Of a stretch of DNA of 64,000 nucleotides, positions 28,593 through 38,992 are shown in pieces. The position numbers and the translations under genes were made by a program. The DNA lies in assembly GCA_963790305.1 (NCBI GenBank), contig CAWBOC010000005.1, positions 64,001-128,000 of the forward strand, in the 5' to 3' direction. Source of the stretch: an uncultured Gemmatimonadaceae bacterium. GTDB lineage: Bacteria; Gemmatimonadota; Gemmatimonadetes; Gemmatimonadales; Gemmatimonadaceae. The notes under the pieces are model-generated. The model ran no database searches. It was not told the origin of the DNA and worked only from the letters and a program-made list of their open reading frames with translations. The first letter of the stretch is position 1. Each line of letters begins with the position of its first letter.

Positions 28593-30518
28593 TCACCCTC
28601 CGGGACGCGGCCTGGCGCGAGCCGCGGCGGCGAGCAAGCGTAACCGCTCGAGAAGGTCGGTCTCGGTCGGCGTTCCGCGGCACGAGTGCTCCTGCAACCG
28701 CTCGAGCACCGTCCAGATCGCGTGCAGTGTCGCGTTGGCATCCTCGCGCTCGAGACGCTTCACCTCGAGAAGCTCGGCCTGTCCCCGCATGATCCTCGCG
28801 TATCCCTCGAGGTGTTGACGGGCGTCGCGCTGTGTTTCGTTCAGCTGAGCCATACGTCGCTCCATCCGGTTGAGCTCTTCCGGATCGGCATCTCGGGCGA
28901 GGTTCTCGATATCGCCGTCCAGCCGCTCGACATCGTCGAGAAGAAGGCGCGCGGCATCGGTGGCGTCACTGCCGCCTTCGCGCGCCCGTCCGCTCAACAG
29001 CCCCGCCGCGTTTTCGATCGCACGCAGCATGGATCGCGCGGAGTCCGGTGGTGTCGCGCATGCGGCCGCGGCATCGGGACGCGTGATGAGGACGGCGTTG
29101 AAAGGCGGTTGATTCCAGAACGCGACACCGATCGTGGGACCGAAGAGCAGGCGCGACGCGTTCTGCATCGCGAAGCCGCGAGCGCGCCAGCGCACGAGGG
29201 CTGTCGCTACGGCCAGCACGGCGACGACCGAAACCGCGATCACCGACCACCTCAGTGGCTCGCGTGCGAGGCCGGGAAGTGCCGATCGCGTCACGAGCCA
29301 CGCGAGGATGGTGGCGAACATGAGCGTCAGAAGGACGCGTGTGAGCCGCGCGCTCGGCGGGAGACACTCCCACACGTCTCCCGGACGACGGAGGGCGCGC
29401 GGCCACCAGAGGCCCCACCACTTGGGAGCCCACATGCTCACACGGAGCACGTCACGCAGTGCATACCCGTGGTCCGCGATGCCACGCGCGTAAATCAGGA
29501 ATCCGATGGCGACGAGCAGCCCCGCGAGCGACGTCACCGCCGCAAGGACATAGTCGGCTGATGCCCAGCCGTTCACTGCCCAGGCCACCGCGGCGAGCAA
29601 CACAATCACCATGAAGGCGCCGAACCCCGTCACTCCTCGCAGCTCCTCGGTGACCGGCTCGTCCTCGCTTGCCTCACGAGAGAGAGCACTGTGCAGAGCC
29701 CGGGCATCGGGCCATCGGCGCTCCGGAGCCTTCTCGAGACATCTCGAGATAGCCGCCACCAGATCCTGCGGCGCGTCAGGCACCAATTCGCGCAGCGGCA
29801 TTGGTTCTTCGGTGAGAATCTTCCCGATGACGCTGGCCGGCCCGCTCCCCTGGTGCGGGGGGCGACCGGCGAGCATGGTGTAGCCGATAGCGCCAAGAGA
29901 ATAGAGGTCACTTCAATGATCAATGTCGCGCTCCGCGGCCGCTTGCTCCGGCGACATGTATTGGGGGGTGCCGATCATGAATCCGGAGAGCGTGAGGTGG
30001 CTTCCGTCGTCCATGGCCTTGGCAATGCCGAAATCCGCGAGGAGCGGCCGTCCCGAGTCGGCAGCGATCAGAATGTTTTCTGGTTTGAGGTCGCGATGAA
30101 TGATTCCGCGGCGGTGCGCATGGTCGAGTGCATCAGAGAGGTCGAGGAGAATGCGACGGGTTGCGTCGGGAGGGAGACGCCCCTCGTACCGGAGTCGTCG
30201 GCCGAGCGATTCGCCGCGCACGAATTCCATGATGATGTACGGAAACTCTCCCGTTTCATCGAACTCGAACACCGGGACGATCAATGGGTGGGACAGCGAG
30301 GCTGCGAGTCGCGCTTCGCGCCGAAACCGGTCGCGGGCGCCCGCGGTGAGCGCGCCCGGGAGGAGGACCTTGATCGCGACCAGCTTTTCGAGGGCTCGCG
30401 CCCGTGCGCAGAACACCATGCCCATGCCGCCGTGGCCATGGAGATTCAGAATCTCGTAACGCGCGCTCAGGGCATCCTCGAGCGCGGCACGCGCAGACTC
30501 GGACCGTTCGCGGTCCAT
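28593..30518 (-). pseudogene. Membrane Ser/Thr protein kinase interrupted by an in-frame TGA at 29913-29915
   Basis: GHGGMG, VAIK, HRDLKPEN, DFG, GTPQYMSPEQ; then DH*SDLYSLG continues in the same frame into TM and coiled-coil parts. Confidence 0.85.
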
Positions 30519-30584
30519 TCGCCCTCCGCGGCGCTCACGGCGGCTTGCCGTCCGACTCCGCCAATATCCGGGCATTGTGCAGGG

Positions 30585-31280
30585 GTGTCAAACGCTCGTT
30601 ATGGCTGGATCGCCGGAGCTCTCGCAGGCACGCTCGCCATGGGACCGCTCTGGGCGCAGACGAGCTCGGCCGAGCTGACGGCCGAGCAGCGCGGGCTCAT
30701 CAATGCGCGGGAGCAGGTGTTCGTCACGCGCGACTCGGCGAAGACACCGTGGCCAATGGCGTGGGCCTATCAGTTCATCGACGCGACACCAGAGGTCGCC
30801 GCTGCAGTCTTTGCCGATGCGGAACGACAGGTCGACTACGTCCCGGGCCTCAAGAGCTCACGCGTCACCCGGACGATCGCTCCGGGCGTGATCGAGGTCC
30901 GGCAGGAGATGCGCGTCCCAATCGTGAAAGATGAATGGTGGGAGGTGCGCGACACGGTGCGCGCGCACGATGATGGCAGCTATCGCATCACCTGGACGCT
31001 CGTTCGCGCCCGCACGACGAAGAGCGTTACCGGGTACGCGCACTTCGAGCCCTATCGCAACGCACTTACCGGCCGCGATGGGACGCTACTGACTTATCAC
31101 AACTTCGCCGTTCCGGGCTCCCGCATGGCGGGAATCGGTCCGATCGAGCGACACGCGCTGAAGAAGCTGCGCGAGACCGCGCGCGCACTGCGAGACCAGG
31201 TCGAGCGCGAGCGCAGCGAGGACCCGGATCTCCTGGCGAGGCAACTCGCGGCGTTGAAAGAGATGGTTCGAAAGGAGTGA
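30585..31280 (+). CDS. SRPBCC/START-like exported protein
   Basis: Signal peptide; IDATPE..AAVF.D..RQ..YVPGL; start uncertain. Confidence 0.7.
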   Translation: MSNARYGWIAGALAGTLAMGPLWAQTSSAELTAEQRGLINAREQVFVTRDSAKTPWPMAWAYQFIDATPEVAAAVFADAERQVDYVPGLKSSRVTRTIAPGVIEVRQEMRVPIVKDEWWEVRDTVRAHDDGSYRITWTLVRARTTKSVTGYAHFEPYRNALTGRDGTLLTYHNFAVPGSRMAGIGPIERHALKKLRETARALRDQVERERSEDPDLLARQLAALKEMVRKE

Positions 31281-31377
31281 GGAGTGAGGAGTGAGGAGTG
31301 CGGATTGTGATGCGGAATAGAACCATTCGATCAATCGCATTCCTCACTCCTCACTCCTCACTCCTCACTCCTCACTC
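31273..31377. repeat. Palindromic element family E (GAGGAGT arm / ACTCCTC arm), overlapping both convergent stop codons
   Basis: aggagtgaggagtgaggagtgaggagtg ... cctcactcctcactcctcactcctcactcctcactc. Confidence 0.92.
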
Positions 31378-32886
31378 GTTCGCCGCTGTCCCCCGCTTCA
31401 TCGCATCCTTCCTCGTCAGCGCGAACCCGACTGAATTGAAGTTCCAGCTCGCGACATCCTGAAAGAGCTTCCGCGCTTCGTCCGACTGCCCCGCGCCTTG
31501 AAGCGCGAGCGCAAGGTGGTACTTCTGGTACACGTCGGTGAGATCGGCCTGGCGGTAATGCGGGATCGCCTGCGCGAACTCCTTCTTGCGCAGCTCGATC
31601 AAGCCCAGCAGCGAGTGGTAGGTCTCGAGGCGCCGCGGGTTCTGATCCTTCTCCACGAGGGCTTTGTGCTCGTTCGCCTTCGCGAGCGCCTTGGCGAAGT
31701 CGCCGCGCCGGGCCGCGAGCTGGCTCTCCCAGGACGTGATCGCCGCCTCCGTCAGACGCGTGTTGTTCGCGTCGTTCACCGCGTTCGCGTCGGCACGTAC
31801 CACCCGTGCGTACAGCGGGAGCACCCGCTCGGCGTCGGCCAGAAGATCGTTATGCAGCGCGATCTGGAGAGCGCTCACCAACGCGAACGTCTTGGCGCCA
31901 TTCACCTGCTTGGCCGGGACCGTCTTCTCCGCTGAGCGCGCGACGGCGGTGAGCTCTTCGATGGCGGCCGCGGGCTGCGCCGCGTGCACGCTCGCGTACG
32001 CGCGGAACACGCCGTACGTCGTCTTCTCGACCTCCTTCCCCTCCGCGATTGCCGCATCGTAGGCGGCGCGGGCTTCGTCATAGTTCCCGAGGAACGAGTT
32101 GATGTGGCCCTTCTTCAGCACCGCGACGGCGAGCTTCGAATCCTTGTCCACAGCTCGGGAATAGGCGTCGCGTGCCTGCTCCAGCTGATTCAGCGCGCGA
32201 TACACGTCGCCGAGCTGCTCGTACCCCTTCGCCTCCTGCGGATCGGCGGCGATCGTCTGCTCCATGTGCCACTTCGCCTTCGCGAGATCGCGTGGCTCGT
32301 TGAACAGATAGGAGAATCCCGCTGCACTCTGCGCCAGAAACATCTTCGGCTCGAGCTCGATCGCCTGGCTGTACGCCTTGCGAGCGATCTCGTGGCGGTT
32401 CAGCGCGCCCTGTGCGTTTCCGAGCGCGATCCAGGCACGTGCCGACGTGGGGTGCGTCTTCACCAGCTTCTCAGCGAGCTCCACCCGGCGCTCGGCGTTG
32501 TTGTCGAGAAAAGTGCGATTGATCTCGACGAGAAGACGCTCACCGTCGCTCTTGCCGGTGAGGCTCGCGTTCGCGCGATCCAGATTCTCCTTGAACTCCG
32601 GTGCCGACGCCGCGGCGGCAGCCAGGTTCAGGTACCCGTACGCGAATGACGGATCCTGCTCGACGGCGAGGCGGAAATGCTCGCGTGCCTCGCGAGGGCG
32701 CCCAACGTCGAGCAGCCGTTGGCCGACGTCGAAGTGCGCCCGCGCCGCGGACGACGCCGTCGTGATCGGGATTTCCTCGGCTCGAGCGACGGAGCCCGCC
32801 TTCTCGCTCACCGCCACGACTTGCGCGTGTGCCCCGCCGGCGACGATCGCCACCGCGAGCAGCGCGTGTATTCTGACCCTGGTCAT
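31372..32886 (-). CDS. Exported TPR-repeat protein
   Basis: IPITTASSAARAHF, multiple TPR-like helices, GGAGG RBS. Confidence 0.85.
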   Translation of the reverse strand: MTRVRIHALLAVAIVAGGAHAQVVAVSEKAGSVARAEEIPITTASSAARAHFDVGQRLLDVGRPREAREHFRLAVEQDPSFAYGYLNLAAAAASAPEFKENLDRANASLTGKSDGERLLVEINRTFLDNNAERRVELAEKLVKTHPTSARAWIALGNAQGALNRHEIARKAYSQAIELEPKMFLAQSAAGFSYLFNEPRDLAKAKWHMEQTIAADPQEAKGYEQLGDVYRALNQLEQARDAYSRAVDKDSKLAVAVLKKGHINSFLGNYDEARAAYDAAIAEGKEVEKTTYGVFRAYASVHAAQPAAAIEELTAVARSAEKTVPAKQVNGAKTFALVSALQIALHNDLLADAERVLPLYARVVRADANAVNDANNTRLTEAAITSWESQLAARRGDFAKALAKANEHKALVEKDQNPRRLETYHSLLGLIELRKKEFAQAIPHYRQADLTDVYQKYHLALALQGAGQSDEARKLFQDVASWNFNSVGFALTRKDAMKRGTAANE

Positions 32887-33292
32887 CGCTACCTCCCCCG
32901 TCGAAAAATTCGGGTCGATCGATCGGGCCACGCGGTGCGCGCGACCCGATCACGTGCGTGTCCACGATTGGAGGGGGTGCGTTGACCGGCAATACAGGCA
33001 CCGTAAGGTCCCGGTCAGGATGCCGTGCTGTTTTCGGTCTCGAAGAACGCGCGAAGGCGCGACATCCCGCGCAACGTTAGGCCCTGGTCTCGACGGTTTA
33101 AGTAACGGTGTGACATTAATCACGAATTTCGCTGCGGATGTAATGACGCCAAACACCTCGGGCGGCATAGGCAATGCTTTGTAAACAACGTTCGCAGCGA
33201 CGGTTCCGTCGCTCGGGGGGAAACACCAGATTGCCCCGTCCGCAACAACGCCCGCGGAGCAGAGCTGGAGGGCGAGGCAAGGAGATGATGAT

Positions 33293-34195
33293 ATGCAACG
33301 TCGAAGCATTCGATTCTTCCCTCTCGCCGTGGCAATGGTGCTCACGGCCGGAATCACCGCGGAGGGGGCAGCGCAGGACACCACGCGCTCGCAGACACCG
33401 GTGACCTCGACCAGACGGATTCCCGTTTCGAAAGAGGGCACGACGGTAACGGAATCTCCGGGCGCGATCTCTCGGGACAGCGCCGCGAGAGCCGATTCGA
33501 TCGCCGCCGCCGAGCGCGCGCGGCAGGATTCACTCGCCGCCATCGAGCGGGCTCGTCAGGACTCGATCGCCGCGGCCGAGCGTGCGCGTCAGGAAGAGCT
33601 CGCCAGGATCGAGCGGGCACGTCTGGACTCGATCGCGAGAGCCGAACAGGCTCGGCGGGACTCGATCGCGGCCGCTGAGGCCGCGGCTGCGGAGCGCTTC
33701 CGGGTCGGCCGCTTCGGTGGCTGGTACTTCAACCTCGGCGGCGGGATTAGCATGCCCAGGGGAGCGCTTGACGATCTGTATGGAAACGGGTGGAACGTCA
33801 CTGGCTCCGTCGGGTGGCATCCGACCGAATCGCCCTTCGGTGTGCGTTTCGACGCGACCTACGATCGCCTGAACGGGCAGTCGTTCCCGGCAGGCAGCTC
33901 GAACGAGCTTGCCGATGCGTCGGTGCTCGCCGGACTGGCTGAGGTGACACTTCGCGTCCCGCGCGCGCTTGGGCTCAACCCGTACATCGTTGGCGGCGGT
34001 GGTGTGTATCGCTTCAACGACTATGGTGTAGAGGATGCAGAGGCTTCGACGGAGTTCGGGTGGAACGTGGGCGCCGGTCTCCGTTTCGGATGGGGCTTCA
34101 CCAGCCTCTTCGTCGAATCGCGGTACATGAGCGTCGGCACGCCCGTCGAGCGCGCGACGTACATTCCGATTATTCTGGGTATAACGTTCCGTTAA
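33293..34195 (+). CDS. Outer-membrane beta-barrel protein with N-terminal 11-residue repeat helix
   Basis: Signal peptide, (RQDSIAAAERA)-like x6, barrel strands ending ILGITFR. Confidence 0.8.
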   Translation: MQRRSIRFFPLAVAMVLTAGITAEGAAQDTTRSQTPVTSTRRIPVSKEGTTVTESPGAISRDSAARADSIAAAERARQDSLAAIERARQDSIAAAERARQEELARIERARLDSIARAEQARRDSIAAAEAAAAERFRVGRFGGWYFNLGGGISMPRGALDDLYGNGWNVTGSVGWHPTESPFGVRFDATYDRLNGQSFPAGSSNELADASVLAGLAEVTLRVPRALGLNPYIVGGGGVYRFNDYGVEDAEASTEFGWNVGAGLRFGWGFTSLFVESRYMSVGTPVERATYIPIILGITFR

Positions 34196-34198
34196 ACT

Positions 34199-34285
34199 GA
34201 AGGTCGTCGAGGTGGTCAAGGTGATCCAGGTGATCGAGGGTTCCCTTGATCACCTCGACCGCCTCGATCACCTCGACTGCCTTTG
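34199..34285. repeat. Family C element copy C3 (short core)
   Basis: gtcgaggtggtcaaggtgatccaggtgatcgaggg / cccttgatcacctcgaccgcctcgatcacctcgac. Confidence 0.85.
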
Positions 34286-35077
34286 AAGAGTCCATTCATC
34301 CCCGCTGTCCTCAGCACTCTCCTGCTCGCGGCCACCGCGCCCGCCCAGGAGACCTACCTCGACACGGCGTACGTGGAGCTCCTGCCGCTGAGCCCACCGG
34401 TGTTCGAGTCGACGGCGCATCTCGTCTCCCGTAAGGACAGCATCGCATCGGCCAAGGCGCGTCGCGCGGCGGAGCGCTCGAGCGCGATGCGCGTCGTCGT
34501 CTCGATAGGCGCGCGGCGACTGTGGGTTGTTTCGGGCGCAGACACGCTGCTCGATGCGTCAGTGGCGGTTGGAATGGGACGCACGCTCTCGTACGCCGGC
34601 CGGCGCTGGACGTTCGCGACGCCGATCGGGGTGCGCAAAGTACTGGAGAAGCGTTCGACACCCTACTGGCGTCCGCCCGATTGGGCGTACGCCGAAGTCG
34701 CGCGCGAGCACGGGCTGCGGCTGGAGCGTCTCGGCGCGGATCGTCCAGTGACCCTCGGCGACGGACGGCTGCTCGTCGTCCGTGACAGTCTCGTTGGCGT
34801 GATGATGCCCGATGGCTTCGCACCCTTGCCCGTCGAGGAGCACATCGTCTTCGATGAGACGCTCTACGTCCCGCCACTCGGCACTCGCAACCGCCTGATC
34901 GAAGGAGAGCTGGGGACCTACCAGCTCGATCTCGGCGAGGGCTATCTTCTGCACGGCACGCCGCACGAGGAGTCGATCGGCCTCGCGACGACGCACGGCT
35001 GCGTCCGGCTGAAAGGCCACGACATCGAGTGGCTGTTCGCGAACGTGCCAGTGGGGACGGCGGTGTATCTGTACTGA
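34283..35077 (+). CDS. L,D-transpeptidase (YkuD family)
   Basis: YLLHGT...SIG...THGCVRL catalytic motif. Confidence 0.88.
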   Translation: MKSPFIPAVLSTLLLAATAPAQETYLDTAYVELLPLSPPVFESTAHLVSRKDSIASAKARRAAERSSAMRVVVSIGARRLWVVSGADTLLDASVAVGMGRTLSYAGRRWTFATPIGVRKVLEKRSTPYWRPPDWAYAEVAREHGLRLERLGADRPVTLGDGRLLVVRDSLVGVMMPDGFAPLPVEEHIVFDETLYVPPLGTRNRLIEGELGTYQLDLGEGYLLHGTPHEESIGLATTHGCVRLKGHDIEWLFANVPVGTAVYLY

Positions 35078-35079
35078 AG

Positions 35080-35200
35080 GCGAATGCGGAATGCGGAATG
35101 CGGAATGCTGTTAAGACCTTCAGCGATTGAGGGCTCCGGTGGTTGAACCGGAGCCCTCTCGCAGTACGGTCTTACCCGCAATCCGCATTCCGCATTCCGC
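35080..35200. repeat. Palindromic element family D (GCGGAAT/ATTCCGC arms), copy D1
   Basis: Heptamer arms plus 12-bp inner stem gagggctccggt/accggagccctc. Confidence 0.9.
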
Positions 35201-35207
35201 TTTCTAT

Positions 35208-37389
35208 ATGATCCATCGTCACGCCATTCGCGTCGTTTTCAGCACCGTCGTTTTCGCGACCAGCGTAGCCCACGCTCAGCGCCCCTGTGACGTATCGCCG
35301 GCGCCGAACGGGCCGAGCCGCGACCTCTACTGCATCGAGCTGGTTGCCGTGCCTGGGGTTGCCGAAGCGATCGGGCGCGTTGAGCTCGCGTATCTGCCCA
35401 ACCCCTTCACCGTCGCGGCGCTCCCCGACGGGCGGTTGCAATACCAACCGATCGCATACCTCAGCCGCCTTCCTCCGCCAGCGTCGTTAGGTGCGTTCAC
35501 GCAGTACGTCGCGTGGATCAGCTCGACGAGCATGGACTCGGTAGCTCGACTCGGCACCGTGACCGAGGGCACCACCTCACTTCCGGCGATCGGTCTCGAG
35601 AAGTTCATCATTCTCGTCACGGCTGAGCCAGCGGGCGACGGCGCAGCGCCGCGCGGTCGTATCGTTCTTCGAGGCCAGTCGCCTTCGACACGCCTTCAGC
35701 CACCGGAGATCGTGCAGCTCGCGCTCGGCGCCATGGTCGATACGAGCTCCCGGGCGCCAACCGTCGATCACTCCAGTCATGGTGCGCACGGCACGACGGC
35801 CGAGATCAGGGCGCGCGGCGCTCCGGCGAGCTGGACCTCCGTCCCCATGCTTCCGGGGCTGCAGATGCTCGCCGCCGAAATGGCGCTCCGTCCCCAGGTA
35901 TCGCCGTGGCTTCCGGCGTGGTCGGACACGCTGCCGCTCGTGCAGCCGTCACGGCTCGTCCGCCTCGACAATGGCGATACGCTGCACCTCGACGCGGGAC
36001 TCGTCAGGCGGTCGTTCAAAGGGCGCGACGTGGCGATGTATGCCTTCAACGGACAGCACCCCGGGCCGTTGCTGATGGTGCCGCAGCATGCGGAGATCGT
36101 CGTCGTGCTTCGGAATGCGCTCGATCAGCCGACTACGATCCACTGGCACGGCGTGCGCCTCGACAACCGCTTCGACGGCGTGCCCGATCTCACGCAGGCG
36201 CCGGTGCCGCCCGGCGGCCGCTTCACCTACCGGATTCGCTTTCCCGACGCCGGCATCTACTGGTACCACCCACACGTGCGTGAGGACGTGCAGCAGGAGC
36301 TCGGCCTTTACGGCAATCTGCTGATCCGGTCGCCGCGCCCCGACTATTACGGACCTTCCCATCGCGAAGAAGTGCTCATCCTCGATGACCTGCTTCTCAC
36401 CGAGTCGGGCCTCGTCCCGTTCGGCGCTGAAGCAGCGACTCACGCGTTGATGGGGCGCTTCGGTGACGTCCTGCTCGTCAACGGCGAGCCTGGCTACCAG
36501 TTGGATGTGCGCCGCGGCGAGGTCGTCCGCTTCTTTCTGACGAACGTCTCCAACACGCGCACGCTCAACCTGTCATTCGCCGGCGCGCGAATGAAAGTCG
36601 TCGCGTCCGACGTGGGAGCTTTCGCCACCGAGGCATGGGTCGAGAGCGTCGTGATCGCGCCCGCGGAGCGGTACGTGGTGCACGTTCGTTTCGACGTGCC
36701 AGGAACGACGACCCTCGTGAATCGCGTCCGCGGACTCGATCATCTCTTTGGTCGCTTCTTCGCGCACGTCGACACGCTCGGGGTCATTCGCGTCGGCGAG
36801 CAGCCCGGGGTTCCCGATCTCGCGGCGAGCTTCGCCGTGCTGCGCCGCGATAGCGTCGCGACGGCCAATGCCGAGCGCTACCAGGAGCGGCGTGTCCCGC
36901 CCGCCGGATCGGTCCCTCGTCCTCTCCCTTCGCCGGCGCGATCTCCCGTTCATCACGAACCAGCTCCTCCAGCTCGATTCGATCTACTTCGCGCCGATCG
37001 AGTGGATCGGGACGATGCCCGCGATGAACTGGGCCTCGGACGCCCGGCAAGTGACGTGGGTGCTTCGCGATCCGGCGACGGGCCGCGAGAACATGGACAT
37101 CGACTGGCGCTTTCGGCGCGGGCAAGTCGTGAAGCTCCGGCTCGTCAGCGAGCGGCAGAGCGTGCACGCCATGCAGCATCCGGTGCACATTCACGGACAG
37201 CGGTTTCTCATCCTGGCGGTCAACGGCGTTCCCACGCGGCATCGCGCCTGGAAGGACACCGTCTTGCTCCCAGCAGGTGCGACGGTGGATCTTCTGGTCG
37301 AGATGAGCAACCCGGGGCGGTGGATGCTGCACTGCCACATCGCCGAGCATCTGTCGGCGAACATGATGATGGCCTTCACGGTGGAGTGA
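35208..37389 (+). CDS. Multicopper oxidase, frameshifted near 36890
   Basis: IHWHG, WYHPH; C-terminal HPVHIHG and HCHIAEH..M in a shifted frame. Confidence 0.88.
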
Positions 37390-37393
37390 CCTC

Positions 37394-38839
37394 ATGAGAC
37401 GGTACCTAACGACGCTCGGAGTTGCCCTCGCCCTCCTGGCGACAGGACTCGGCGAAACCCTCGCCGCACAGCGGGCGGACTCGCTTTCCTCCAACGTCCG
37501 CGAGTTCGTCTCCGTCGCCGAGCCGGTGGTGGCGCTCACCGGCGTGACGGTGATCGACGGGACCGGTGCGGCCCCGCGCCGCGATCAGACGATCGTCATC
37601 CGGAACGGGCGCATCGCCGAGGTCGGGCCTGCGTCGCGAGTGAAGACGCCGGCGGGCGCGCGCGAGATATCGTTGGCAGGTCACACCGTCATTCCTGGGC
37701 TGATCGGGATCCACGACCATCTCTTCTACACGGCGGCCGGCGGGCGCGCCGTGCAGATGGGATTCACCGGGCCACGTCTGTATCTCGGATCGGGAGTCAC
37801 GACGATCCGCACCACCGGCGGCCGGTCGCCGTACGCGGAGATCAACACCAAGGCCGCCGTCGACGCCGGCCGCGTCCCCGGTCCGCGTGTCTATCTCACC
37901 GCCCCCTACATCACCGGAGGCACGGGCGGCGGGGCGGGCAGCATGGCCGCGATCAATTCACCCGAGGCGGCTCGCCGATTCGTCGCGTACTGGGCGGCGG
38001 AAGGAATGACGTGGATCAAGGCCTACACCGACATTAGCCGCGCCGACCTCGGGGCCGCGATCGACGAAGCGCACAAGCGCGGCATGAAGGCCACCGGTCA
38101 TCTCTGCTCGGTGAGCTTCCGTGAGGCGGTGGAGCTCGGCATCGACAACCTCGAGCACGGGATGCTGGTCGCGTCGGACTTCGCGGCCGGAAAGCCCGTC
38201 GATGTCTGCCCCACGAACTACATGGCGGGCATCGCGCAGGCGAATCCGACCGGTCCGGAAGCGCAGGCGGTGATCAAGACGATGGTCGATCGCGGCGTGT
38301 CGATGACCTCGACGCTGGCGGTGTTCGAGCCGTTCGTGCCCGGTCGCCTGTCCAACGATGAGCGCACCTTGTCGATGATGACGCCGCCGCTGCGCGACGC
38401 CTATAAGACGCTCAAGCATCGCATCGACTCCGCGCGCTCCAGCCCGTTCACGGAACAGGTCTTCAAGAACGCGCTCGCCTTCGAGCGCGCGTTCGTGCAG
38501 GCCGGGGGTCTCCTCGCGGCAGGGGTCGATCCCACCGGAGCCGGTGGCGCGCTCGCGGGCTTCGGGGATCAGCGCAACTACGAGCTGCTGATCGAGGCGG
38601 GGTTCACTCCTCAGCAGGTCGTGCAGATCATGACGCTGAACGGCGCCAAGGTGCTCGGCGCGCAGGAACGGTTAGGCAGCATCGAGGCGGGAAAGCTCGC
38701 CGACCTGGTGGTGCTGCGCGGCGATCTCGTGGCGAATCCCCTCGTCATCCGTGAGGTGACGACGGTGTTCAAGGACGGCGTGGGGTACGATTCGCCGAAG
38801 CTGTTGGCGGCGGTGAAGGGGCGGGTGGGGATTGATTGA
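37394..38839 (+). CDS. Secreted amidohydrolase
   Basis: PGLIGIHDH, GHLCS, GKLADLVVL. Confidence 0.9.
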   Translation: MRRYLTTLGVALALLATGLGETLAAQRADSLSSNVREFVSVAEPVVALTGVTVIDGTGAAPRRDQTIVIRNGRIAEVGPASRVKTPAGAREISLAGHTVIPGLIGIHDHLFYTAAGGRAVQMGFTGPRLYLGSGVTTIRTTGGRSPYAEINTKAAVDAGRVPGPRVYLTAPYITGGTGGGAGSMAAINSPEAARRFVAYWAAEGMTWIKAYTDISRADLGAAIDEAHKRGMKATGHLCSVSFREAVELGIDNLEHGMLVASDFAAGKPVDVCPTNYMAGIAQANPTGPEAQAVIKTMVDRGVSMTSTLAVFEPFVPGRLSNDERTLSMMTPPLRDAYKTLKHRIDSARSSPFTEQVFKNALAFERAFVQAGGLLAAGVDPTGAGGALAGFGDQRNYELLIEAGFTPQQVVQIMTLNGAKVLGAQERLGSIEAGKLADLVVLRGDLVANPLVIREVTTVFKDGVGYDSPKLLAAVKGRVGID

Positions 38840-38841
38840 GG

Positions 38842-38990
38842 GCGATTGCGGATTGCTGACGGCGATTGCGGATTGCTGATTGCGGATTGCGTGCAAGACC
38901 CTTAGCGACAGAGGGCTGCGGTTCACCACACCGGAGCCCTCTGCATCGTATGCCCTTACATGCAATCCGCAATCAGCAATCCGCAATCGC
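38842..38990. repeat. Family D element copy D2 (GCGGATT/GCTGATT arms; core homologous to D1)
   Basis: aagacc...agcga..gagggct.cggt...accggagccctct shared with D1. Confidence 0.9.
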
Positions 38991-38992
38991 TC

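Noticed and set aside
29913..29915. Selenocysteine recoding of the kinase TGA
   Set aside because: The position corresponds to Arg, not Cys; no SECIS-like context recognised
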